A stretch of 64,000 bases of DNA from an uncultured Planctomycetaceae bacterium (GTDB lineage: Bacteria; Planctomycetota; Planctomycetia; Planctomycetales; Planctomycetaceae): the NCBI GenBank assembly GCA_963813715.1, contig CAWFAK010000007.1, positions 608,001 through 672,000 of the forward strand. The letters are read 5' to 3'. Positions 45,631 through 55,036 of this stretch are shown piece after piece. Position 1 is the stretch's first letter. Every line of letters begins with the position of its first letter. The translations under genes and the position numbers were made by a program. The notes under the pieces are model-generated. The model ran no database searches. It saw only the letters and a list, made by a program, of their open reading frames with translations, and was not told the origin of the DNA.

Positions 45631-46729
45631 ATGCCTCTCACCGATCCGTTCGTTGTTCCGACCAAGTATTGGCATCGGCTGGAAGATGGCCGCGTGCAGT
45701 GCGATCTCTGTCCGCGCTACTGCAAGCTGCACGAGGGCCAGCGCGGTTTCTGCTTTGTCCGCGAGTGCCAGGATGAGGCCGTCGTGCTGACGACTTACGG
45801 CCGCTCCAGCGGCTACTGTATCGACCCGATCGAAAAGAAACCGCTCAATCACTTTTTGCCCGGCACGCCGGTGCTTTCTTTCGGCACGGCCGGCTGCAAC
45901 TTGGGCTGCAAGTTTTGCCAGAATTGGGACATCAGCAAGAGCCGCGAGGTCGACACGCTGGCCGACGCGGCCTCACCCGACGCCATCGCGCAGGCGGCCG
46001 TGCGACTCGGTTGCCGCAGTGTCGCCTTCACCTATAACGACCCGGTGATCTTCATGGAGTACGCGATCGACGTCGCCCAGGCTTGCCGCGCTGTGGGCGT
46101 GAAGACGGTCGCGGTCACCGCGGGCGAAATTTGCGAGGAGCCGCGGGCCGAGTTTTACGGCCACATGGACGCGGCCAACGTCGATCTCAAGGGCTTCACC
46201 GAGCGGTTCTACCACGACGTTTGCGCGAGCCACCTGCAGCCGGTGCTCGACACGCTCGTCTATCTCAAGCACCACTCGCAGGTTTGGTTCGAGATCACGA
46301 CGCTGCTGATTCCCGGCGAAAACGACTCCGACGCCGAGCTCGACGACGAGTGCAGGTGGATCGTGGAGCAGCTCGGGCCGGACGTTCCCGTGCATTTTAC
46401 GGCTTTCCATCCCGACTTCCGCATGCTCGACAAACCGCGGACGCCGCCCGAGACTTTGACCCGCGCGAGATATCGCGATTGCCAACGGCATCCGCTACGC
46501 GTACACGGGCAACGTCCACGACCGCACGGGGGGCACGACCTGGTGCCACCACTGCGGCCAGCGCCTGATCGAGCGCGACTGGTACACCCTGGGCGACTGG
46601 CACGTCACCCCGGATGGCCGCTGCGACAAGTGCGGCACGTCAGCCCCCGGCTTGTTCGAGCGCGAGCCCGGCACGTGGGGTGCGCGGCGGCAGCCCGTGC
46701 TGCTGCGTAACTTCACCGCGCGCCGGTGA
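45631..46729 (+). CDS. AmmeMemoRadiSam system radical SAM enzyme (frameshift near 46465)
   Basis: CDLCPRYC...C N-terminal cluster, DPIEKKPL, CNLGCKFC, YTGNVHD and C-terminal CxxC...CxxC in a second frame. Confidence 0.92.
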
Positions 46730-46792
46730 GTTCACCTCTGAGTTCGCCGGTGGGTGAGTCCGCAACGCGACGAGTGCGCGAGTCAAGCACCA

Positions 46793-46815
46793 TCGGGCTC
46801 GCGCCCGACGCTCGC
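46793..46815. repeat. REP-like hairpin with CGCTCG tail between convergent genes
   Basis: TCGGGC-TCGC-GCCCGA then CGCTCGC. Confidence 0.5.
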
Positions 46816-46820
46816 AGGGG

Positions 46821-47171
46821 TTATCGCGCCTGGCGAGCCGTCAGCGTCAGCTGGCGGGTGCTTCGCTTTGCGATTCGTTTGCCGACGAGGTAAAGCAGTG
46901 CCGTGGCGCTCAGGAGCAAGAGTGACCAGCGAACGTACTGCGCGGTGGCGAAGGACAATCCCAGGCCTGTCCAAAGTGCCACGTACGCCGCCAGGCACAC
47001 GGGGCACTTCGGCATCAGGACCCACACGCCGATCGACGCCGCGCCGCCCGCGCATTCCCAGAAGTTCCGGGAACGCGTGCGGGACGCGGGCCGTGGCTCA
47101 TCTCCGTTGCGGTGGCAACAGCACGCTCCCGGAGTGTTCGACGCCAGCGCGTTTAATGCCGGTGGGTTCAA
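46821..47171 (-). CDS. Small Cys-rich membrane protein
   Basis: ACCCH, LMPKCPVCLAAY, two TM segments; TTGA overlap with DUF899 stop. Confidence 0.7.
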   Translation of the reverse strand: MNPPALNALASNTPGACCCHRNGDEPRPASRTRSRNFWECAGGAASIGVWVLMPKCPVCLAAYVALWTGLGLSFATAQYVRWSLLLLSATALLYLVGKRIAKRSTRQLTLTARQAR

Positions 47172-47932
47172 TGATTCTCGCTGTGGCAGCATGATCCACC
47201 GATTTGCACGCTCGGTTGATATTTATCGTGGTGCCGCAACCAGCCCATCGGCGAATTGAGCCCCTCCTCGTCGCGGCCCTTCGGCGCACGGTCGAGAAGG
47301 ACGTAAGTGGTCAAGAATCCGTCGAGACCGCGGGCGTACGTCGAGTAGGTGTGATAGACCGTGCCGCTCACATCCTTGTAGAAACAGCTGAGGCCCGGGT
47401 TTTCTTCGGCGTAGGGCGGCTGCGCGCCGAAATTGTAGGTCTTCGCGCCGCTGGCGACTTCGTCCGGCGTGAACGAGACGCCGAAATCATGGTTGAAGTC
47501 GTTGCCGGCGGTCGAAACCCAGGGCAGCCGCCATCCCATACGCTTGTTGAATGCCACGATATTGGCAAGCGAGCCGCGTGAGACAAGCACCAGAGAGACG
47601 TCCCGGGCGTGGACGTGTTCGAGCGTCCCGTTGAGGTGATCAATCATGAACGAGCAGCCCGGACAGCCCTCGACCCAATCGGGACCGAGCATGAAGTGAT
47701 AGACGGCGAGCTGGCTGCGCCCCTCGAACAGGTCGGCGAGCCGCACCCTTCCTTTCGGCCCGTCGAAGACATAGTCCTTCTCGACTCGAGTCCAAGGCAG
47801 CTCAAGGCGCTGGCGGGCGAGCTCATCGCTTTGCCGCGTGAGCTCCTTCTCCTTGGCCAGCAAGTCGCGGCGGGCGCGGAGCCATTCGCTCTGGGAAACC
47901 ACGGGATGATCGAGTGTGGCAGTCGAATTCAT
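47168..47932 (-). CDS. DUF899 thioredoxin-like protein
   Basis: EWLRARRDLLAKEKE, LFEGRSQL.VYHFM, CPGCS, HTYSTYARG, PKGRDE. Confidence 0.88.
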   Translation of the reverse strand: MNSTATLDHPVVSQSEWLRARRDLLAKEKELTRQSDELARQRLELPWTRVEKDYVFDGPKGRVRLADLFEGRSQLAVYHFMLGPDWVEGCPGCSFMIDHLNGTLEHVHARDVSLVLVSRGSLANIVAFNKRMGWRLPWVSTAGNDFNHDFGVSFTPDEVASGAKTYNFGAQPPYAEENPGLSCFYKDVSGTVYHTYSTYARGLDGFLTTYVLLDRAPKGRDEEGLNSPMGWLRHHDKYQPSVQIGGSCCHSENH

Positions 47933-47993
47933 CGTTAACTCTCCTGGAAATCGTAAGGTGGATTAGCCGTCAGTCACTGTGGGACGGCGGTCG

Positions 47994-48464
47994 CTACTTT
48001 TTCTTCTGCGTCGCCAACTTCTCGGCTCGCTGCCGAATGTGATCGATCCAGATTCCCCACCCCTTCGGCATTCCTTCGCGATGGTCGGGCAGAATGAATC
48101 CCATCGCGCGATGCTGGAAGGCGAGCTTTGTCCCGCTCCCCTCGGCCGTGAGGCGATATTGCAGATGATTGATCGCGGGGTACGACATCATCATCGGCCC
48201 ACAGATTTCCAGCAGGGTCGGCGGCTTGATCACCTGCACGTGGCCCCAAAAATGTCCCATGTTATTGCCCAAATCGCGATACCAGCGCCCGCCCGGCCAG
48301 GCTTCGAGCTTGAAGGGCATCGGCGAGCCGTCGTCGCCCCGTTGGGCCTCGGGGCCGAGCTCGTCGAGCATCGCCTCGAAGGCAATCGCGATCGGTGCCG
48401 CGATGTCGATTGTCTTTTTGATCTCGAACGTCTCGCACGCCTGTGGCGTCAAAGTGGCGGTCAT
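47994..48464 (-). CDS. SRPBCC domain protein
   Basis: IDIAAP...GGRWYRD...KPPTLLE...GWG; ATGA overlap with ArsR. Confidence 0.8.
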   Translation of the reverse strand: MTATLTPQACETFEIKKTIDIAAPIAIAFEAMLDELGPEAQRGDDGSPMPFKLEAWPGGRWYRDLGNNMGHFWGHVQVIKPPTLLEICGPMMMSYPAINHLQYRLTAEGSGTKLAFQHRAMGFILPDHREGMPKGWGIWIDHIRQRAEKLATQKKK

Positions 48465-48838
48465 GCGGTTCCTTTCTTGCGGTTGGTTTTTCCGGGCGTC
48501 GCGGCCTGAGCGACGGCGCGTGCTTCGGCCCGCGCGCGGATCCGGTCGAGCTGGTGTTCCCAATGTCGCTCGAACGTTTTGATCCAGTCGTAGACGGGCC
48601 GCAATCGATCGAAGTTCACAACATACACACGGTGTTGGCCTTGCTTGCTGACGGAGACAATGCCGACTTTCCGTAGAACGCCCAAGTGCTTGGAGACGGC
48701 CGGCTGCGGCAGCCCCAAGGTCACGACGATCGTGCCCACGTGCAAGCCACGGCCCTGCGCCAGCATCTCGATAATCTGCCGCCGTGGCGGAGCGGCGATG
48801 GCGGTGAAAATGTCGGAAGCAACTGAGTTTCGAGACAT
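48461..48838 (-). CDS. ArsR/SmtB family transcriptional regulator
   Basis: DIFTAIAAPPRRQI...QPAVSKHLGVLR.VGIV...GQHRVY. Confidence 0.9.
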   Translation of the reverse strand: MSRNSVASDIFTAIAAPPRRQIIEMLAQGRGLHVGTIVVTLGLPQPAVSKHLGVLRKVGIVSVSKQGQHRVYVVNFDRLRPVYDWIKTFERHWEHQLDRIRARAEARAVAQAATPGKTNRKKGTA

Positions 48839-48844
48839 GCCGGC

Positions 48845-48872
48845 ATTATATTCCTAATATGGAATATATCAA
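48845..48872 (-). promoter_or_regulatory. Sigma70-type promoter with overlapping palindromic operator; probably leaderless arsR transcript
   Basis: Minus strand TTGATA-N16-TATAAT ending 6 nt before the ATG at 48838; perfect inverted repeat TATATTCC-N6-GGAATATA at 48847-48868. Confidence 0.75.
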
Positions 48873-49031
48873 TGCTGATTTTGGGAAAGATCTTTGGCCG
48901 GCAGGATCGGAGCAAATTGAACGCCTCGGTCTGACCCGTCGGCGGCGAAACGCCCCGCCAATTCCTAGAGCTTCGCGAGTCGGCAGCGTAAGCTGGCGGG
49001 TGCTTTTTCTTCGCGACTCCGAAGTGCCTCG

Positions 49032-50150
49032 ATGGGACCGATGCTACAACAGCTCCGCAAACAAGCGATCGCCAATTCCCTGTTTCCTCCCACGACACTG
49101 CGGCGAGCCGTCGAGCGACTGGGGTTCGTGCAAGCCGATCCGATTCGCGCGCCGGCCCGCGCACAGGATCTGATCCTGCGGCACCGGGTGAAGGACTATC
49201 GTGTCGGCGATCTCGACCGGCAATACCATCGCCTCGGCCTCGAGGAAGACCGTTTCTACGCGCACGGATTTATGCCCCGCTCGACGTGGCGGCTCTTGCA
49301 TCCGCGGGTCGGGGCGCCCGAAAGCTGCCCTTGGGCCAAGCCACATCGCCTCAGCGCACTGGAAAAGCGCGTGCTCGAAGTGGCGGCCACGCTTGAGCGG
49401 ATTCACCCAGGCGACCTGGAAGCGTATTTCGGCCGACAGCGGGCGACGAATGGTTGGGGCGGACAATCGAAGGCGACAACGCGGGCCCTGCACTATCTCC
49501 ACTACTACGGTTTTCTGAGAGTCGCGGGCCGCGAGGCGGGAATCCGCACCTACGAAGCCGTGCGGAGTGAGCACGAACCGATCGATCCAGCGGCCCGCTT
49601 CCGCAAGATCGTGTTGATCATCGTTTCGATTCTGGGACCGCTCACGGACAAAAGCTTGCGGGCGGCCTTGGCGTTCCTCACCATTCGCGGGCCGGCGCTC
49701 AAAGCCCTGCGGGCGACCGTGCCCGCGCTGATCGAATCGGGCGAGTTGGCTCAGACCACGCTTGATGGCGTGCGCTACTTATGGCGGACGGATCGCAAGA
49801 CGCGTGGCCGAATCAAAGCCGCGGAGCCGCACGAAGCGGTTCGCTTCCTGGCCCCGTTTGACCCGCTCGTGTGGGACCGCCAGCGGTTCGAGGAGTTCTG
49901 GGGCTGGCAGTATCGATTCGAAGCCTACGTCCCCGCTCCCAAACGCAAACTCGGCTACTATGCCATGCCCCTGCTCTGGCGGGAGGATGTGATCGGCTGG
50001 GTGAACGCGGCTCTGCAGAAGGGCCGACTGCGCGTCGAACCCGGCTTTCAAAAAGCAAAACCAAAGGACGCCGCCTTCCGCCGCGAATTCGACGCGGAAG
50101 TCGCCCGCTTCCAGACGTTCCTGCAGCAACGCCAGCCTGCCAAGTTGTAA
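49032..50150 (+). CDS. YcaQ/AlkZ-family crosslink-repair DNA glycosylase (winged helix)
   Basis: LGFVQADPI (QxD motif), LAPFDPLVWDR, YRFEAYVP..KRKLGYYAMP. Confidence 0.85.
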   Translation: MGPMLQQLRKQAIANSLFPPTTLRRAVERLGFVQADPIRAPARAQDLILRHRVKDYRVGDLDRQYHRLGLEEDRFYAHGFMPRSTWRLLHPRVGAPESCPWAKPHRLSALEKRVLEVAATLERIHPGDLEAYFGRQRATNGWGGQSKATTRALHYLHYYGFLRVAGREAGIRTYEAVRSEHEPIDPAARFRKIVLIIVSILGPLTDKSLRAALAFLTIRGPALKALRATVPALIESGELAQTTLDGVRYLWRTDRKTRGRIKAAEPHEAVRFLAPFDPLVWDRQRFEEFWGWQYRFEAYVPAPKRKLGYYAMPLLWREDVIGWVNAALQKGRLRVEPGFQKAKPKDAAFRREFDAEVARFQTFLQQRQPAKL

Positions 50151-50189
50151 GACAGTTCGCCCCCTCACTCTCGACAGATTGACCCACGA

Positions 50190-51485
50190 ATGATGCCCAC
50201 TGACGCCTCTCGACGTCTTCTCTTGGTTGCCGGTTTCGTAATGGCTGCCGGCGCTCTTGCGCAAAACTGTCACATGGTTGATGCCGCAGACGGCGATGGC
50301 CCGCTCTTCGCCTATGTCGGTACGTTCAGCTCGCCGCTGCACGACGTGCTGCCCACACAGGTCGACCTGCCTCCGGGCAACGGTCGTGGCATCCACATCT
50401 TTCGCGTCGATCGAACCACCGGCGCGTTGACTCCAGCAGGCGTTCACGAAATGGCGACGAGCCCGAGCTCTCTGGTTGTAAACGAAGCCGGCACCGACCT
50501 CTATTCGGCCAACGAGACCGACGTGGTGGGTGAATATAAGGAAGGGACGGTCAGCGCCTTCGCGGTCGATCGCACCATCGGACAACTCAAGTTGATCAAC
50601 ACGGTGCATTCCGGGGGCGCTGGCCCCACCTATGTGAGCATTCATCCGTCCGGACGTTTCCTGTTCGTGGCGAATTATTTCGGTGGCGGTGGGTGTGTCG
50701 CCGCGCTGCCGATCCTCGCAAACGGTCAGCTCGGTGCCGCGACCGACGACAAGGTCTATGCTGGCAAGCTCGGCCCAAAGCGGTCGGCCAACGCTCCTCC
50801 CGGCAGTTTTGCCTTCAGCGGACACGATCGCCAGCACCCACACATGATCCACGCAGATCCGTCGGGTCGTTTCGTGCTGTCCACCGATTTGGGTCTCGAC
50901 AATATCTACATCTGGGGGTTCGATCCTCGAAACGGCACGTTGGCGATTGATTCCAACGCTCCGTGGCATGTCGCTCTGCCTCCCGGCGACGGACCCCGGC
51001 ATTTCGCCTTTCATCCCGGCTTGCATCAGATCGGAGGCCGCTGGCTGTACGCCATCCAAGAGGAGGCGTCGACCATCGTTTTGTTCCACTTCGACCCCAC
51101 GACCGGTCGACTCGAGCGGCGGCAGACAATCTCTACGCTGCCGCCGGGTTTTGCAGGCAGCAACTTTTGTTCTGAAATCCTCGTGTCGTCCGACGGCCGG
51201 TTCGTCTACGCCGGCAATCGGCTGCATGACAGCATCGGCATCTTCTCCGTCGGCAATGCCGGCCTGCTCAGCTTCGTCGCCGACGAATGGACCCGCGGGG
51301 ACTATCCGCGGAGTTTCAACTTCGACCCAAGCGGCCGATTCTTTTACTGCTGTAACCAACGGGGCGACAACGTCACCGTGTTCCGCGTCGATCGCGAAAC
51401 GGGCCGGCTGCAGTTCACCGGTCACTACGCCCCAGTGGGCAACCCGTCGAGCATCGTGTTCCTCGACCCGAAGAAACCGCGTTGA
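50190..51485 (+). CDS. Lactonase family (6-phosphogluconolactonase-like) beta-propeller
   Basis: AYVGT, VANY, HPHMI, DLGLD, GPRHFAFHP, NRLHDSI, PRSF. Confidence 0.88.
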   Translation: MMPTDASRRLLLVAGFVMAAGALAQNCHMVDAADGDGPLFAYVGTFSSPLHDVLPTQVDLPPGNGRGIHIFRVDRTTGALTPAGVHEMATSPSSLVVNEAGTDLYSANETDVVGEYKEGTVSAFAVDRTIGQLKLINTVHSGGAGPTYVSIHPSGRFLFVANYFGGGGCVAALPILANGQLGAATDDKVYAGKLGPKRSANAPPGSFAFSGHDRQHPHMIHADPSGRFVLSTDLGLDNIYIWGFDPRNGTLAIDSNAPWHVALPPGDGPRHFAFHPGLHQIGGRWLYAIQEEASTIVLFHFDPTTGRLERRQTISTLPPGFAGSNFCSEILVSSDGRFVYAGNRLHDSIGIFSVGNAGLLSFVADEWTRGDYPRSFNFDPSGRFFYCCNQRGDNVTVFRVDRETGRLQFTGHYAPVGNPSSIVFLDPKKPR

Positions 51486-51506
51486 CGCAGAGATTCGCAG
51501 CTTCGC

Positions 51507-52424
51507 TCAGGGCGACTCGACGCCATTGGTTTGCAGCAAATCGGAGTTGCGCTTGGGTTTCGCCGGCGGGCGGCCGTCTTTCGCCTTTGGCGGAGGGGGC
51601 AGCGCGGGTGCATTGCCGGCGGGATTCATGGTCATCAACAGTCGGCAGTTCTCGAGATGCCCATCGGCCGTCATGACGCCGGCGACCAGGATGCGGCGGC
51701 GCAACTTCAGATTGTCGATCATATCGCCGTAAGCGCTTGCAGGGAAAACGCAGCGGACGGTCGAGCCGGGCCTGAAGGCGTGATCGTCCGGACCCAATTC
51801 GATCATAAGCGGATCCTGCTCGGTCTTCGGGGTCGACACGCTATAAACGTAGCCCACCCACTCGAAGCGATCGCCAACGTAACGCGCGATCAGCTTCGGC
51901 TGACGTTGGTGCGACGCGTTGCTCGCCTTTTCCAAAAACGCCTTGAGAGACAGCGGATTGAACGCGGCTGGTCGAAATTCCCTGCCGAGCCGAACGGATC
52001 CAAGGGCGGCGACTGTTTGACCGGACTCGGGAACTACGCCGCGGTCTCTCAACTGTTCTTCGAGACGCTGGACGGTGCGCTCGTGATCGGTCTTGGCCTG
52101 CGACCGGCTTTGCTCGAACACGCCGATCGACTCCTGGAGCGCGGCATTCTTTTCCAGCAGCCCCGCTTTCTCTTCCTCTGTCTCGGCGCTAGCCGCTTGA
52201 ATGTCTTGATCGCCTCGCCAGCGGCCCGCCAGGTACCCGGCGATCGCGCAGACAGCCGCTAGGCCGAAGATTCCCCCGAGCAGGACGCTGACGCTCGACC
52301 AGCTGAGTCCGCCGAGCGTGCGGGCAGGCTGCGGCGACGGTTGGTGCGCGGGCGGCGGCGCGTTCTCGGTTGTCGCTTCGGGCTGTAGTTGAATCTGCGT
52401 GCGAGCCAACGCTGGGTCGATCAT
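51507..52424 (-). CDS. Hypothetical single-pass membrane protein with coiled coil and possible OB-fold C-terminal domain
   Basis: One TM segment, Glu/Gln-rich helix, YVGDRFEWVGYV...VRCVF...ILVAG...LENCRL. Confidence 0.6.
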   Translation of the reverse strand: MIDPALARTQIQLQPEATTENAPPPAHQPSPQPARTLGGLSWSSVSVLLGGIFGLAAVCAIAGYLAGRWRGDQDIQAASAETEEEKAGLLEKNAALQESIGVFEQSRSQAKTDHERTVQRLEEQLRDRGVVPESGQTVAALGSVRLGREFRPAAFNPLSLKAFLEKASNASHQRQPKLIARYVGDRFEWVGYVYSVSTPKTEQDPLMIELGPDDHAFRPGSTVRCVFPASAYGDMIDNLKLRRRILVAGVMTADGHLENCRLLMTMNPAGNAPALPPPPKAKDGRPPAKPKRNSDLLQTNGVESP

Positions 52425-52792
52425 CGTCGTTCCTCGCACCGAAACGAACTCGAACGGCGACCTTCGCTGTGCGGTCGCGTTTCGGCTCGCGCCATTGGAT
52501 CAGCCAAACTGCCGCCGCTCAAGAGGGGCTTTCCGCAATGCCTGCGGAAAGAGCCTTTTTGCCCTCGGTCGAGCCCGCCGCTCCGCCAATTTAAAGAAGC
52601 TAAACGGCGGCCGGCCAGCCGGGAAAGTCGGCAAACACGGACCGGTTGCTGCAATCGGCCGGCAATCGGCGGCGGACCGATTCGGCCGGCCCAGCCCCGT
52701 CTGCCGGCCAAGCTAGAGTGACACGGACGTTTATTCGACTGTGCGCGGGGCGGTCGAATCACGGCTCGGACCACGACGACGGGGATCGATTC

Positions 52793-53326
52793 ATGACCGA
52801 CGACTTTCGCGTGAAGGACGTGCTTTCGCTGTGCGTCGATTGGAGCTGCCTCTCGCCGACGCGGGCGAGCGTCGATCTGTTTGTCGACGCGCTCGACGGC
52901 GGCAAGGACCCGTTTGCGGATCGCCGCTCGGCCACTCGCAAGCCGATGATGATCGACGTCATTGCCGTGCCGCTTGACGCGCAATTCCAGCAGTGCGGCG
53001 ACGCCTTTCTCTCGCTGACGCGGAACATTTCACACGGCGGCATCGCCATCCTGTGCACCGAAGACGTGAAGTCACCCTATTTGCTATTGCGACTGGAGAC
53101 GGCCAAGCACCGTTCGCTGCAATCCTTGGTGCGGGTCATCCGCTCGCGATCGTTCTATCAGTTCACAGAGGTGTCCGGCAGCTTCGTGCTCAAGGAAGAA
53201 GAGAGTCGCCCGACCGCTCAGCCGAAGAAGTCCAAAGGCACGGGACGCCGCTCCACCAAGAGCAAGTCGCCCGGCCGTTCGACGAAACGCCCGATTGTGG
53301 ACCACGATCAGTCGCCGGTTACTTGA
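52793..53326 (+). CDS. PilZ-domain (c-di-GMP-binding-like) protein
   Basis: RRSATR (RxxxR) and NISHGG (D/NxSxxG) motifs. Confidence 0.75.
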   Translation: MTDDFRVKDVLSLCVDWSCLSPTRASVDLFVDALDGGKDPFADRRSATRKPMMIDVIAVPLDAQFQQCGDAFLSLTRNISHGGIAILCTEDVKSPYLLLRLETAKHRSLQSLVRVIRSRSFYQFTEVSGSFVLKEEESRPTAQPKKSKGTGRRSTKSKSPGRSTKRPIVDHDQSPVT

Positions 53327-53342
53327 AGCGAAAGACGAGCCG

Positions 53343-54264
53343 ATGATCGATTGGGCCGCCATTCGCGAAGAGGGCTTGAGCGACTTCAGCCTGTCGGTGA
53401 TGCCGCCGAACCTCGCGTTGCCCGCGCTGCCGCACGCCGTCACCCGTTTTCTCGAGCGTTCCGCCGACGAAGACGTTTCGCTCGAGGAGCTGGCCCGTAT
53501 TGTGGAGACAGACGCGGGACTGACCGTCGAACTGCTCAAGCGGGTCAATTCGGCGTCGAGCGGCTTGTCCGTGCGCGTGAAGTCGGTCGGCCAAGCGCTG
53601 GCTTTGCTCGGCCGACAGCCGAGCCGAATGTTTCTGACGACGATCGGCACCGAAGGGGCAATCCGCGCTCGCAAGTCGAAACTGATCAATCAGAATTCGT
53701 TCTGGAACGTTTGCCTGCAGCGGGCGCTCTTTTCCCGCGAAATCGCCCGGCTGCTTGCGGCCGACGTCGACGCGGCATTCGCCGGCGCATTGCTGCAGGA
53801 TTTTCTGCTGCCGCTTCTGACCAACGAACTCTTCGACGCGTACCTCGAGTTCGTGGGCCTGGGGAGCACCGCTCCAGACGCCCTGGCCCAGTTCGAGCAG
53901 TCGCAATTCGATTGGGACCACGCGATGGCGGGAGCCTGTCTCGCCTTTCAGTGGAACCTGCCCGACGAAATCGTCTGCTGCATGCTGTACCATCACGCCG
54001 GCCTGCGGATTCTGTCGCATCCCAAGCTGGGCAAAACAGCCGTGGCAGCCGTCGCGCTGTCGGCCCTGATTCCCGATGCTCTGCACACGCACCACGGCAT
54101 GCAACAGCTCGCCAAGCTCGAGGGAATCTGGCCCGACTTCAATCTCGAAAGCCTGGCCGAGACGGTCGACCGCCTGCAAGCGGAAGCGGCCGTCGGCGTG
54201 CGAAACGATTTCCCGTTACGCGCGACGCGTGAAGGCACTGCGTGCCGAGGCGCCCACAGACTGA
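53343..54264 (+). CDS. HDOD domain protein (C-terminal frameshift near 54222)
   Basis: LPALP, DAGLTVELLKRVNS, FAGALLQD, DHAMAG...WNLP..I...MLYHH. Confidence 0.85.
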
Positions 54265-54485
54265 CGGCGGCGCGGCTACGGCAACCGCTGAGACGGAAGG
54301 CACCCGGACCGTCGCGCCGAGTGCCGGCTAAGAATGCCAGGCCCGACTGCCGCCGCGGCGGGCCGCCAGACTTCTACCGGGCGCAGGCACGCCGCGAAAT
54401 CGGCGGCGACTTCAGGCGGCCATCAAATTCAGGCCGCTGCCGACGATGGCCTGACTGGCCGACCCGCTCGGAGAGCGAAAAGCAT

Positions 54486-54569
54486 TGCGGACGAGAGGAC
54501 TTGAACCTCCACCCTCTTACGAGGACTAGCTCCTGAAGCTAGCGCGTCTGCCAATTCCGCCACGTCCGC
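54486..54569 (-). tRNA. tRNA-Leu(CAG); CCA not encoded
   Basis: GCGGACGTGGCGGAATTGGCAGACGCGCTAGCTTCAGGAGCTAGTCCTCGTAAGAGGGTGGAGGTTCAAGTCCTCTCGTCCGCA folds as a cloverleaf with a long variable arm. Confidence 0.95.
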
Positions 54570-54630
54570 GAAGCTTGCTCTCGGTTCCAACTCACAAAGA
54601 CAAACGGGTCAACGACAAACGGCGTGAAAG

Positions 54631-54678
54631 TGGAGCGGAAGGGAGTTGCACCCTCGACCTCTGCATTGCGAATGCAGC
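54631..54678 (-). mobile_element. 3' fragment of tRNA-Ala(CGC), putative att site of an integrated island
   Basis: CTGCA-TTCGCAA-TGCAG anticodon arm, AGGTC, GAGGG-TGCAACT-CCCTT T arm, CCGCTCC-A acceptor 3' strand; D arm and 5' acceptor strand absent. Confidence 0.75.
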
Positions 54679-54728
54679 CACCTCGGGATGTAAGTTACTC
54701 GGCAGAACGACTTACGACAAGCGATCCC

Positions 54729-54751
54729 GCTGCTTGCACTGCTGCTTGCAC
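54729..54751. repeat. 11-bp direct repeat, possible integrase arm-type sites
   Basis: GCTGCTTGCAC twice with a 12-bp period, about 50 bp inside the tRNA fragment. Confidence 0.5.
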
Positions 54752-55036
54752 CGAAGATCAGGTTTCGGCAAGAGACGACGCTACTACAGCCGCTCAAACG
54801 ACCCCGGCACTACAGGCCGTCGTTCAGCCTGGCCGGCACTCCCCGAGGCGTTTGAGACACGCGATTGTTGCCCTGGTTAACTGGACCCGAAAAGCGTAAG
54901 GCAATAAGGCGCTGGCGCGTTTCCCTCTCGCGTCACCCGCGATTGGTGTGGTTCAGGCGAGCGTGAGTCAGCCGTTTACGCCCCGTCTCGCTCCGCCTCG
55001 GCTGGCGAAAGCGTAACAATTTCAGGGGCCCCAGCG

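Noticed and set aside
54265..54485. Extension of the HDOD ORF across the tRNA (to 54536)
   Set aside because: Artefact of a frameshift near 54222; the extension is Arg/Pro-rich and would overlap tRNA-Leu
54631..54720. Intact tRNA-Ala gene
   Set aside because: D arm and 5' acceptor strand are missing; treated as an att fragment
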